IMG/VR virus record: IMGVR_UViG_3300012667_000136
Coordinates: 1-63,212 of that record
Strand: one strand, 5' to 3'
DNA from: a virus
Taxonomy: Duplodnaviria > Caudoviricetes
DNA: 63,212 bases
The notes below the pieces were generated by a model. It did not search any database and had not been told where the DNA came from. It saw only the letters and a program-made list of their open reading frames with translations. Shown here one piece after another: positions 49,129-58,786 of the stretch (the first letter of the stretch is position 1; every line of letters begins with the position of its first letter). A program made the position numbers and the translations under genes.

Positions 49129-49967
49129 AGTTTGGATATTTAATAGTTGTTTCCAGTAATGCAGATGTTGATTATCTAAAATGTGCATATGCCGCAGCAA
49201 TGAGTATTAAAAATACACAGAAGCCTGGATATGATCAAGTAGCATTAGTTATCGACGATACATTTTCTGTAAAACGATTAAAGAGTCCTTGGGTGTTTGA
49301 TTTCGTAATAGAATGGAATCAAGAAAACTATTGGGACGGAAGAAGTTGGATGGATAAATTATCTCCATTCGAACACACAGTATGTATTGATGCAGATATG
49401 CTTTTCCTCCGTGATTACAGTCATTGGATTGATTACCTTGTTGAGAATAAAGAATTATATATTGCTAACAAAGCATATACCTATAGAGGTGAAATAGTCA
49501 CTAACGACTTTTATAGGAAAGCATTTACAAAAAATAATATTCCGAATTTATATTCAATGTTTACATTTTTCAGTAAGAATTCGGAATTAGCTAAAGAGTT
49601 TTTTACGCTAGGCAGATACATTTTAAAAAATCCAATTGAATTTAAAAATTTGTATATGAATGATCATAAACCTAAGGTAATAGGCACAGATGAAGCATTT
49701 GGGTTAGCCGCAAAGATTTTAGATATTACAGACGAAGTTTCGCATACGTTAGATTTTCCTAAGATTGTGCATATGAAGCCTATGGTACAAAATTGGCCTT
49801 GGGTTGCGGATAAAGTAACCGAACATGCAGGGTTTTACCTTAACAAAGACGGTCAGTTAAAAATAGGTAACTATCAACAAAATGACATTGTACATTATGT
49901 AGAAAAGGATCTAATAACAGACGAATCGATTAATTTATTAGAGGAGGTCCTATGGAACAAGAACTAA
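49125..49967 (+). CDS. GT-A fold glycosyltransferase (paralogue of the preceding gene)
   Basis: LSPFEHTVCIDADML (DxD), GTDEAF, VHMKP, VHYVEK. Confidence 0.7.
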   Translation: MKFGYLIVVSSNADVDYLKCAYAAAMSIKNTQKPGYDQVALVIDDTFSVKRLKSPWVFDFVIEWNQENYWDGRSWMDKLSPFEHTVCIDADMLFLRDYSHWIDYLVENKELYIANKAYTYRGEIVTNDFYRKAFTKNNIPNLYSMFTFFSKNSELAKEFFTLGRYILKNPIEFKNLYMNDHKPKVIGTDEAFGLAAKILDITDEVSHTLDFPKIVHMKPMVQNWPWVADKVTEHAGFYLNKDGQLKIGNYQQNDIVHYVEKDLITDESINLLEEVLWNKN

Positions 49968-50542
49968 TGGATTTTGATACCTGGTTAGCACAGCAATGTG
50001 TTCCAGAAGTTGAGTATTATGCAGAATACGATGACGACGGAATGGTTAAATCTATAGGTCCGTTGCGCACTATTGCTCCTGATTCACGCACAATAAAAGT
50101 TGATACTGAAGTGGCTACTTCGATCCTAGAAGGCCATGAACATATATTTTCTTATAGAGTTGACGTTCGAACTAAACAGTTTGTTAAGATGAACAAGTTT
50201 GCTACTCATACACTAACAAAGATAGATGATGTTCTTCATAGAGTTATTGATAGAAAATGGTCTAAAGCACAATCACCTGATATTGTAATTACACATAATG
50301 CTGCTACGTCCGAGTTAAAGTTTTCAATGGATGTTAGATATAAAAAAATGATTTTAGAAGGTGACACTGACATGAGCTTTCTAATAACAGATTATAATGA
50401 TCCTAATATTCTTCGCCGAATGATTACTTTCAAGGTTGGTGATATTGTTAATCATGATAAAGTATACACTCTCGAATTGCCTGCTAAGTTTAGCATTTAT
50501 ACAAGGCGTATTTTTGATCAATACGTGATGGATATTTTATGA
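49952..50542 (+). CDS. Hypothetical protein in glycosyltransferase operon
   Basis: GAGG RBS; overlaps both neighbours. Confidence 0.65.
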   Translation: MEQELMDFDTWLAQQCVPEVEYYAEYDDDGMVKSIGPLRTIAPDSRTIKVDTEVATSILEGHEHIFSYRVDVRTKQFVKMNKFATHTLTKIDDVLHRVIDRKWSKAQSPDIVITHNAATSELKFSMDVRYKKMILEGDTDMSFLITDYNDPNILRRMITFKVGDIVNHDKVYTLELPAKFSIYTRRIFDQYVMDIL

Positions 50543-51417
50543 AAACAGTTGAATTAGATATTGTATTTTTAAGCTACGACGAACCTAATGCAGATATGCA
50601 TTATGCAGATCTATGTAATAAAGTTCCGTGGGCAAAACGTGTACACGGAGTCAAAGGCAGCGACGAAGCACATAAAGAAGCTGCCCGTATGAGTGAAACT
50701 GATTGGCTCATTACAGTAGACGCTGATAATATTGTTGATCCTAAATTCTTTAATATTGACATAGATGTTTCAAATCCTAACGTTGAAGTTTTTAGCTGGT
50801 TAGCTAAAAATCGAATCAACGGATTGTTATATGGCAACGGCGGATTAAAGATATGGAAGAAAGATTTTATTCTTAATATGAAAAGTCATGAAGCAGCTGA
50901 TAATGAAAGAGCGCAAGTTGACTTCTGTTGGGAAGATGGATACGTACAATTCAAAGAGTGTTATAGTGAAACAGTAATAACAGGAAGCCCATTCCAGGCA
51001 TGGAGAGCAGGATTCCGAGAAGGTGTAAAGATGACTCTGCTCGACGGAGTGAAAGTTCCACCGCAAGAAATCAAAGAACGTGTTTGGTGGCATAACTTGC
51101 ACAGGCTAAAAATGTGGAGCACAGTAGGCGCACATGAAGACAACGGCAAATATGCAGTGCTCGGTGCTCGCATGGGAACATACATGACTAATTGTTCTGA
51201 TTGGGATTACGTAGAAGTTCGAGACTTTGAACTATTAAAAGCTATCTATGAAGAACAGGTTAACCATACATTTGTAGAACAAGATATACAAGACTATGGA
51301 ACTAAAATTAAACATCAATTAGGATTTAATTATCCTTATCTTGATGCACAACAAAGTAAGTACACCTTAGACTTGTACGAAGAAACTATTAAACTTACAA
51401 ACACTTACCTAAAATGA
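50539..51417 (+). CDS. GT-A (GT2-like) glycosyltransferase
   Basis: DIVFLSYDEPNA, AKRVHGVKG, ITVDAD (DxD), YGNGGLK, AWRAGFREGVK. Confidence 0.7.
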   Translation: MKTVELDIVFLSYDEPNADMHYADLCNKVPWAKRVHGVKGSDEAHKEAARMSETDWLITVDADNIVDPKFFNIDIDVSNPNVEVFSWLAKNRINGLLYGNGGLKIWKKDFILNMKSHEAADNERAQVDFCWEDGYVQFKECYSETVITGSPFQAWRAGFREGVKMTLLDGVKVPPQEIKERVWWHNLHRLKMWSTVGAHEDNGKYAVLGARMGTYMTNCSDWDYVEVRDFELLKAIYEEQVNHTFVEQDIQDYGTKIKHQLGFNYPYLDAQQSKYTLDLYEETIKLTNTYLK

Positions 51418-52491
51418 TTTACGATATTTTTTATGTATCTACTAGAGATATAGATGATGCTGATTGGATGCAGTTCCATACTAGATTTCCATCTGCTCAA
51501 AAAGTAGAAAATGCTAGAACCTTTGACGATATAAAAAAGAAAGCGTTTACAAAGTTCTTTTGGGTAGTGTGGAATGATTTAGAAGTTCTTCCAACATTTG
51601 ATTTTAGTTATCGTGTACCTAGTTGGGATCAATCATACATTCATATATGGAAAAATGCTGAGTGTTTTGATGGAATCTGTTTATTCTCTAAAACTAATTC
51701 TTTTTCTCAGCGAGAATTTGATACTAGATTCTTTGTTACAAATAAAAAAGAAATAGACGAAGTTGCAAGTATTCCAAAGCCGTTTGACGTTGTAACTATT
51801 GACACATACGACGAGTATCTAGCTACAATTGATACTGTTAAGACTAACATGTTTTGGATAGTGTGGAACGATGTACAACTGTCTAGTGATTTTGATTTTA
51901 CTTTTCAAGTACCAGTTTATAATCAGCATATTACCCACGTATTTAAAAATGGAGAATTCTTTGACGGCATTGTGTTAATGTCTAAAACAAAGCCAATTAC
52001 TAAAAAAGAATTCGTACACAGATTTTTTATCAATAAAAAAGAAATAGACATACAAGCAAGTGTTCCTAAACAATATGAAAAGTTTTCCTTAGAATATTAC
52101 GAGGATTATCTTGAAGCAAAGAAAAATTCAAAAACTGAATTGTTCTATCTCATTCCTACAGAAGTTGAACCGTTAACTGATTTTGATTTTGATTTATATT
52201 TTAGTCATCATAATAGTTATGAACGAAATATCAATCATGTGTTTAAAAATACCGATGTAGAAGAAGAGAAATATAATGGTATAATGTTGTTACCGAAATC
52301 TGGTGAGCTTAGTAAACGAGAAATAGATTTTAGATACCTTATTGAAAAGAAAGAATACGATGTAGTTGCTAGTACACTAAAGTATTACGACATTATCTTT
52401 ATTAGTTACGATGAGCCAAATGCAGACGAAAGTTATAAAACGCTTCTACAACGCTTTCCTAGAGCAAAACGTGTACACGGAGTCAAAGGCA
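50632..52491. repeat. Identical 28-bp repeat in two paralogous glycosyltransferase genes (50632-50659, 52464-52491)
   Basis: GCAAAACGTGTACACGGAGTCAAAGGCA read at both positions. Confidence 0.85.
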
Positions 52492-53072
52492 TACATCAAG
52501 CGCACATAGAAGCTGCAAAGCTGTCTACGACACCAATGTTTTATGTAGTCGACGGCGATGCAGACATTGTTGCAGATTTTAATTTTGATTTATTGTTGCC
52601 TAAGCACGATAGGGATATTGTACATATTTGGCATAGTCGTAATCCAATTAACAATTTGGAATACGGATATGGCGGTATTAAATTGCTGCCGAAATATCTT
52701 ACTCTAGGAGTTGATACAGGCACAGTTGATATGACAACATCTATTAGTAAGAAGATTCGAATAGTTCCAACAGTTAGCAATTATACTTCATTCAATACTG
52801 ATCCGTTTAATACTTGGAAATCAGCATTTAGGGAATGTGTCAAACTGTCAAGCAAAGTAATCGATAAAGACTATCAAGAAGAAACTGATGATAGATTGCA
52901 TGTTTGGTGTACAGTTGGCAAAGCTGAAAAGTTTGGTGAATATGCAATTGCCGGGGCTAACGCTGGAAAAGAATACGGCTATACTAATATAGCCGATTCT
53001 AAAGCATTATCAAAGATTAACGACTTTGATTGGTTATTAACTCAGTTTCAAAAACTATCGCCTCTTTCTTGA
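51414..53072 (+). CDS. Multi-repeat GT-A glycosyltransferase (three degenerate repeats plus one DxD-containing domain)
   Basis: Repeats FFWVVWND / MFWIVWND / LFYLIPTE, then DIIFISYDEPNA..MFYVVDGD..YGYGGIK..WKSAFRECVKL. Confidence 0.7.
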   Translation: MIYDIFYVSTRDIDDADWMQFHTRFPSAQKVENARTFDDIKKKAFTKFFWVVWNDLEVLPTFDFSYRVPSWDQSYIHIWKNAECFDGICLFSKTNSFSQREFDTRFFVTNKKEIDEVASIPKPFDVVTIDTYDEYLATIDTVKTNMFWIVWNDVQLSSDFDFTFQVPVYNQHITHVFKNGEFFDGIVLMSKTKPITKKEFVHRFFINKKEIDIQASVPKQYEKFSLEYYEDYLEAKKNSKTELFYLIPTEVEPLTDFDFDLYFSHHNSYERNINHVFKNTDVEEEKYNGIMLLPKSGELSKREIDFRYLIEKKEYDVVASTLKYYDIIFISYDEPNADESYKTLLQRFPRAKRVHGVKGIHQAHIEAAKLSTTPMFYVVDGDADIVADFNFDLLLPKHDRDIVHIWHSRNPINNLEYGYGGIKLLPKYLTLGVDTGTVDMTTSISKKIRIVPTVSNYTSFNTDPFNTWKSAFRECVKLSSKVIDKDYQEETDDRLHVWCTVGKAEKFGEYAIAGANAGKEYGYTNIADSKALSKINDFDWLLTQFQKLSPLS

Positions 53073-54307
53073 TGCTCTTTAAAATTGTTTTTATTTGGAC
53101 GAGAATTTTCTTTGTGTGTCCAAATTCTATCAATTGGGCTATCTTCTCCACAGGTTTTAGCACAGTACATTAATTTATGGTTGTCTTTTTTATCCCACGA
53201 ATCTGCGTACAATAGATTAAGATGATTGTTTTCAATAATATCTTCTAATGAATGTATGTTTAAGTTAAAATTGTCTTCACCGTAGTCTTTAATTTTTTTC
53301 TTAATTTGCACATTTTCAACAATAGAATGTGTAGTCTTAACCATGGTTCCTATATAACAGCAAGGATACACTTGTCCAATACTGTTTACATAGATTTCTC
53401 TCAACCCACCCCAAGTCTCGGACTTGCATGAAATATTCTTATTGTTAGACGATGTAAAGTCAATAGGACGTTCTTGGAATGTTTCACCGTCGAATATGTC
53501 TATAGACTCATTGTGTGGATCAATTATTTCTTTTTTATAAATGGTGATAATTGAAGTGTTAACTTCTGGATGTAAATCTTTAACTATTCTATTTGTTGTG
53601 TAGTTTCTGTTTTCTAAATCTTCGGGCGGTTCTAGCCAATATTTAAAATCACCTTGTTTATCTAACGCTGCTACACGAACAAGATCGTCGTTAAAATACT
53701 CAAACCCAAGTGCTTTCTTTGGCGCGAAGTTTCTGAATCCTAGCTGTTCTGATAATTCCTTTGCCTGATGTATTTGATGTTCGTTGTGTTTAAATATTAG
53801 ATAATCCCACGCAGCATTTCCACCAGCGGTTATGTATGCTTTTACATTGCGCATCAATGTATGCCAATCTACATTCCGTCTGTATAAGTGATTAGTGTCC
53901 TCTAGTCCGTCGATTGAAAAAATAATACGTAACCTCTTTCCAAACTTTGCAGAAACAGCGCCAAGGTGCGCCCAGTCTGCTTCTTTTCGGATGCCTCCGT
54001 TGGTATTAAATGTGACGTATATATTCTCATTGTGTTCATAGATATAATCTATAATTTTGACTACATCCTTTGCCATCATTGGATCGCCGACTGTACCACA
54101 GAACATAAAATGGTTTAATTTAGCAACTAGTTCAGGCTTGAACCAATCTTTGAATTGTTCTAAACTCACTGACGCTAACTCTAGGTCTGGTCTTACTATT
54201 TCACTTCCTTGATAAAATCTAGGACACATAGGACATGCAGCATTACAATAGCTTGATAATTCTACATGTATCTGAGCTAATAAATTTTTATTCCAAAAGT
54301 TGTTCAT
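53048..54307 (-). CDS. Radical SAM protein with C-terminal SPASM/twitch-like Cys cluster
   Basis: CNAACPMC, GDP, NTNG, FSIDG, then C...GQVYPCCY...CAKTCG. Confidence 0.88.
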   Translation of the reverse strand: MNNFWNKNLLAQIHVELSSYCNAACPMCPRFYQGSEIVRPDLELASVSLEQFKDWFKPELVAKLNHFMFCGTVGDPMMAKDVVKIIDYIYEHNENIYVTFNTNGGIRKEADWAHLGAVSAKFGKRLRIIFSIDGLEDTNHLYRRNVDWHTLMRNVKAYITAGGNAAWDYLIFKHNEHQIHQAKELSEQLGFRNFAPKKALGFEYFNDDLVRVAALDKQGDFKYWLEPPEDLENRNYTTNRIVKDLHPEVNTSIITIYKKEIIDPHNESIDIFDGETFQERPIDFTSSNNKNISCKSETWGGLREIYVNSIGQVYPCCYIGTMVKTTHSIVENVQIKKKIKDYGEDNFNLNIHSLEDIIENNHLNLLYADSWDKKDNHKLMYCAKTCGEDSPIDRIWTHKENSRPNKNNFKEHQERGDSF

Positions 54308-55473
54308 TTATAATCCCTGATTAACTCACCAAACTCTTTAAAGGTTTCATAGTAATTTTCTTTTCGATATTCGTCATGTACGTCGATTTCTTTTTTAAAG
54401 TTATCCCAACGCCACTGTTCAAATTTACCATCTTTAACGAACTGTATAATTCCAGGTAATTGTCTCCACACTGCCTCGTTTGACTTATCGATAGATTCTA
54501 ATCTTTCGCAGATTTTTTCTTTGATAGAATCGGGGAATATTTGACTGCAATAGTAGTCTGGGTAATGCACTAAGTTCAAATAGATATTCCAGTCCTTTTG
54601 AAAAAATTCAACAACTTCGGGGATATAATAAACATTCAATGCACTTATTGTGTGACACACGTCAAAGTATAAGTTTGGTCTATCCTTAGCCCATTCTTTA
54701 GCTTTTTGCATGTTAGCATATACTTCGTCCCATTTTGCAGGATGTCGCATGAATTCAAATCTATCCCCAACACCATCTATACTAAACCCAATATTAACAA
54801 ATTTAAAATTCTCTAATAGCGGTAATAATTCTTCAGGCCATTGTGTACCGTTTGTGTTGTAATGCAGGCTCATGTCTTTAGCCCACCCGTTCTTAACGCA
54901 GGTTCTAATAAATTCCCACTGTTGTTTAATTAACCAAGGTTCACCGCCGTAGAAGTCTACAACAACAATACCTTCGCCGATCTTCTCTAAATTTGCCCAT
55001 AACGGGCTTTCTCTTTCCCAGCTATCGTTATACTGTTTAGAATCTATCAAGAATGTCTTGTAAGTAGTTTTTTCTTTATTGACTTTGGTATCATAAAACT
55101 CTTTAATCCATTGACTACTGCTATAAGGATGGCAAGTACGACATTTAATATTGCAGGTGTTGCCCATATTAAGTTCTAGAGTTTTAATGCCGTCACCGTC
55201 TTTGAAATCGAATTTTTTGTTATCTCTTACTCGCTTACTATCTCTGCCAGCATCTTCTTCGTTCCAACATTTAGAACAATTAGGATGTCGCTTACCTTGT
55301 CGAAAATATTCTCGTACTTCTTCCATCCATGGTTCTACCCACAGCTCTTCTAATGGAGTATTAATGACTCTGCCTTTACTACTACCGTTGATCATGCAAC
55401 AGTGTTTTATAGTACCGGTAGAATTAACACTTAAATTGTGAAATGCATTAACACAATAAAATTCATTTTCCAT
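54304..55473 (-). CDS. Radical SAM protein with N-terminal twitch-like domain
   Basis: C...CC...CSKCW, then GNTCNIKCRTC..YSSSQW, GGEP, NTNGT, SIDG. Start is 55473 or 55482. Confidence 0.88.
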   Translation of the reverse strand: MENEFYCVNAFHNLSVNSTGTIKHCCMINGSSKGRVINTPLEELWVEPWMEEVREYFRQGKRHPNCSKCWNEEDAGRDSKRVRDNKKFDFKDGDGIKTLELNMGNTCNIKCRTCHPYSSSQWIKEFYDTKVNKEKTTYKTFLIDSKQYNDSWERESPLWANLEKIGEGIVVVDFYGGEPWLIKQQWEFIRTCVKNGWAKDMSLHYNTNGTQWPEELLPLLENFKFVNIGFSIDGVGDRFEFMRHPAKWDEVYANMQKAKEWAKDRPNLYFDVCHTISALNVYYIPEVVEFFQKDWNIYLNLVHYPDYYCSQIFPDSIKEKICERLESIDKSNEAVWRQLPGIIQFVKDGKFEQWRWDNFKKEIDVHDEYRKENYYETFKEFGELIRDYK

Positions 55474-56857
55474 AATTTTCATATTCCGTTTTACAAAGTT
55501 GCATGAATTCGTGATATTCTGGAAACAGACTATGAAAATCTGTGCCTAGTCGCTTGTCGTTTTCAGTAAAGAAACTATAGAAATCTCTACGACCTTTTTG
55601 AATTTTATCAGCACTTACTGGGTTCTCTCGCATGTAATCGACTACTCGTTTAAACACTTCGTATTCTAATTCATTGAATCCAACATCGAGACCGTTAGAC
55701 ATCATGTTATCTTTAATGAATTGTAAATTGTCAGTCATGTACTGATTAAAACTTTCGGGTAGAATATTAATCATCCAATGTGCTGGCTCTTTCAAATACG
55801 GAGTATCGAACTGCACTCGTTGTTGCCAAGGTGTTCCGGGATAGTCTTTTCGAAGTTCTAAAATCTTTTCTAGTAACGTTCTAAAATTTGCAACGGTTAA
55901 CACATTAAATGTGATCATAAAACTAATGTTCTGTTTAGGTAAGTTGTCTAGATAGTATCGTAGATTCTTTTCCCATAATTTAACATCGAGCCCAGTTCGA
56001 ATATATTCGGCCTGTGGTCCCCATGTATCGATACTAGTGTACAGCTTGAATCCTTTGATAGCTTTCTTTTCTAGCAACACCTTAACATGGTCTACTAGTT
56101 TTTGCACCAGTCGATGTGTAACTCCTAGATTACTGTTAACGTGAATTTCTAGATGTGGACTAGGATCGTTTTCAAGCATTTCTAACATTTTAAATGTGTT
56201 AGGATTCATCAAAGGTTCGCCACCGGTAATCCTAAACACACGTAGATCTTGCTTTAGACTAGGCCACCATTCCCAGAACGCATCAACATAAGGATTTGGA
56301 TCATCTTTGTTAAAAAATTCACTGTGAGTTAAAAATTCGATACCATATTGATTATATGTTAGATCGTAATTTCCGTGACGCTTGATTTCTTCCATCCATG
56401 AACTCGACGCTTGTGGACAGCAATAGCCGCATCTAAAATTACAACCGTTACCAAAGCTAACTTCGAGGTGTCTTGGATTCCAGTCAGACTCCCAACCTCT
56501 AGCAACAATCTCGTCTATTGTAGAATCTATATAATTAGAACTATGCTTCATTCGATCGCTAATATGATCTCCTGGCAAGTCTTCAATGTTCCAACAGTAG
56601 TAACATTCTTCGGGTCTACTACCTTCCATCATTTCTTTTCGTTGTTGTTTTTTCCACGGCGTGTTATGCAATGCACTAGGGTTCGCTTTTAACAAACTTT
56701 TATCAACCTTGTGCGGACGAGGATGGTAGCAGCTATGATTATCTCCCATATGGAGATATAAGGTTTCCATATTCCATTTGGCAAGACAAAATCCCTTGCC
56801 AACTTTGTTCAACTGGTCCCGAGTATCGTGGATAATTTCTATGTATTTTTTTGTCAT
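55463..56857 (-). CDS. Radical SAM protein with N-terminal twitch-like domain
   Basis: FCLAKW..HSCYHP..ECYYCW, CNFRCGYC, TGGEPL. Confidence 0.88.
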   Translation of the reverse strand: MTKKYIEIIHDTRDQLNKVGKGFCLAKWNMETLYLHMGDNHSCYHPRPHKVDKSLLKANPSALHNTPWKKQQRKEMMEGSRPEECYYCWNIEDLPGDHISDRMKHSSNYIDSTIDEIVARGWESDWNPRHLEVSFGNGCNFRCGYCCPQASSSWMEEIKRHGNYDLTYNQYGIEFLTHSEFFNKDDPNPYVDAFWEWWPSLKQDLRVFRITGGEPLMNPNTFKMLEMLENDPSPHLEIHVNSNLGVTHRLVQKLVDHVKVLLEKKAIKGFKLYTSIDTWGPQAEYIRTGLDVKLWEKNLRYYLDNLPKQNISFMITFNVLTVANFRTLLEKILELRKDYPGTPWQQRVQFDTPYLKEPAHWMINILPESFNQYMTDNLQFIKDNMMSNGLDVGFNELEYEVFKRVVDYMRENPVSADKIQKGRRDFYSFFTENDKRLGTDFHSLFPEYHEFMQLCKTEYENYGK

Positions 56858-58476
56858 TATTTTCTTGTGTTAAAGTTAGGAAACACTTTATTAAAGTTTG
56901 TTCCTCTTCTCTGATCATGCTGTTTAAAGAATTCGTACAGATCTGCTGTATTGGCATCTCTTACTTCACCGGTGTATTTATTTTCCTCAATCAATCTGAT
57001 ATTTCTTTCTAGTTTTTCAACCTCATAAGATTTAAATCCAGTTAGTGATTGTTGATAGACAGTGTCGTTACATTGTAATTGCATCCATGCATGTACATCT
57101 TTTAATTGTGCAATTTCGTCATCAGTTGCATTAAAAATATTCATCCATTGCGGACTCCTAAGAATAGGAATATCAAACCATATTCTTTGAAATGGTCTAA
57201 TTTTATATTTTGATTGAGATCGCATTGACCATTCTTTTCTAAGACGTAATACCATTTCTAGGTATTCTTTTATTTTTGGAATACTCAACAGATTAAATGT
57301 ATTGATAAAGCTAACGCTGGTATTTCTGGTATTCAAAAGAAATGTATTAACGTTGTCTAACATTCTATCAAATTCTAAACCATTCCGAATATATTCTGCC
57401 TGCTTGCCTATGCTGTCAACACTAACATATAGCGTAAAGTGTTTACATGCTTTGTCTTGATATTTGTATAGATATGTGAAGCTACCATCTTCGATAGCAT
57501 GTCCTATAGCTGGAAATGTTTGAGGAATCTCGTGTCTCTCTATGCTAGGTAAATCGTTATTGTGATATAGCTTGGCATCGTTGCCTATCACGTAATGTTT
57601 CCATGATGTCCACTCACTGCCGTCTTTTGGATCCGGTACATAGCATTCTACAGAATGTTCTACAGAATCTAACGCCTTTACTTTTTCAATAAATTTGTCA
57701 AATAGTTCCTGTTTAGGCGGACACATATTACTAGTGATACTCAGCTCGAGTTGTTTGTTAGGATTGTCTTTAACGTAATCTAACACCTTAAACGTATTAG
57801 CATCTAACAATGGTTCACCGCCAGTCATGCGAAACACTTTTAAGTCACTATAAATGTTCGGCCACCACTTCCAGAATGCATCGACGTATGGATTGTCTTT
57901 ATTTGCGCCACCGATTGGCATCAGCCCTACATCTCTAAGAACTGATACATTGTTATGTTCTTCGTTGCGTATGCGATACGGTCCGTGTACTTCTATTTCT
58001 CTTTCCCACTCGCTACTCAAGTGAGGACTGCAATAGCTGCATTTGAAGTTACAGGTTTGATTAAAATTTACTTCAACATATGTAGGACTTACATTATAGT
58101 CAAACGCTTGTGTAGATATTTCATCTATTTTATTAATGGCCCAGTGTTCACTACTGCGATAATATCGATCACTAATATGTCCTGCATCTTCGATTTTCCA
58201 ACAATAGTCGCAACCTGTAGGACGTTGCCCTTCGAGCATCATTTTTCTTTCTTGAAATTTTTGCTCGGTATTGTGTAATGCACTAGGATCTAACTTTAGT
58301 TTTTCTAAGTCAATTTGGTGCGTAGGCGGATGATAACAGCTATGTGTGCGGCCGTTGGTAAGGTGTAGACTAACCTGTAACCACTTGGCCGCACAGAAGC
58401 TTGGACTTATGCTGTCTAGAGTTATTTTTGTTGAGTCAAAATCTTTGACGTAAAAGTTAACTGGTTTTGTTTCCAC
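56857..58476 (-). CDS. Radical SAM protein with N-terminal twitch-like domain (paralogue of the adjacent gene, with ~70-aa insertion)
   Basis: FCAAKW..HSCYHP..CDYCW, CNFKCSYC, TGGEPL. Confidence 0.88.
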   Translation of the reverse strand: METKPVNFYVKDFDSTKITLDSISPSFCAAKWLQVSLHLTNGRTHSCYHPPTHQIDLEKLKLDPSALHNTEQKFQERKMMLEGQRPTGCDYCWKIEDAGHISDRYYRSSEHWAINKIDEISTQAFDYNVSPTYVEVNFNQTCNFKCSYCSPHLSSEWEREIEVHGPYRIRNEEHNNVSVLRDVGLMPIGGANKDNPYVDAFWKWWPNIYSDLKVFRMTGGEPLLDANTFKVLDYVKDNPNKQLELSITSNMCPPKQELFDKFIEKVKALDSVEHSVECYVPDPKDGSEWTSWKHYVIGNDAKLYHNNDLPSIERHEIPQTFPAIGHAIEDGSFTYLYKYQDKACKHFTLYVSVDSIGKQAEYIRNGLEFDRMLDNVNTFLLNTRNTSVSFINTFNLLSIPKIKEYLEMVLRLRKEWSMRSQSKYKIRPFQRIWFDIPILRSPQWMNIFNATDDEIAQLKDVHAWMQLQCNDTVYQQSLTGFKSYEVEKLERNIRLIEENKYTGEVRDANTADLYEFFKQHDQRRGTNFNKVFPNFNTRK

Positions 58477-58477
58477 A

Positions 58478-58786
58478 TTATTTCAATAAACTTTTACTCT
58501 GAGAGCCAATGTCGCCCTTCAGCCGATCGATATCTACTTTGAAGTCGATCTTCTTAATTTCGTCTCTATATTCTTGAAAAGTTTCAAGCAGCTTATTAGC
58601 AACAATATCACTATGATTATGTTCTAATTGCTCTCGAACATCGATTTCCCAAATCCTACCATTGCCAAATTCTAATCTAATCATTTCTAGATAATGAACT
58701 GGCATGGTATTCATATAAAGATCCTCAAATACCTCGGGCCATTCTTGCACAAGATGTTTTGGTGGTCTATATAACGGCTTAGGCAT
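58478..58786 (-). CDS. Hypothetical protein
   Basis: Tightly packed ORF in the minus-strand gene run. Confidence 0.65.
   Translation of the reverse strand: MPKPLYRPPKHLVQEWPEVFEDLYMNTMPVHYLEMIRLEFGNGRIWEIDVREQLEHNHSDIVANKLLETFQEYRDEIKKIDFKVDIDRLKGDIGSQSKSLLK

Noticed and set aside
57455-57670. Intein in the radical-SAM gene
   Set aside because: Too short, and lacks an N-terminal Cys/Ser block and a C-terminal His-Asn.
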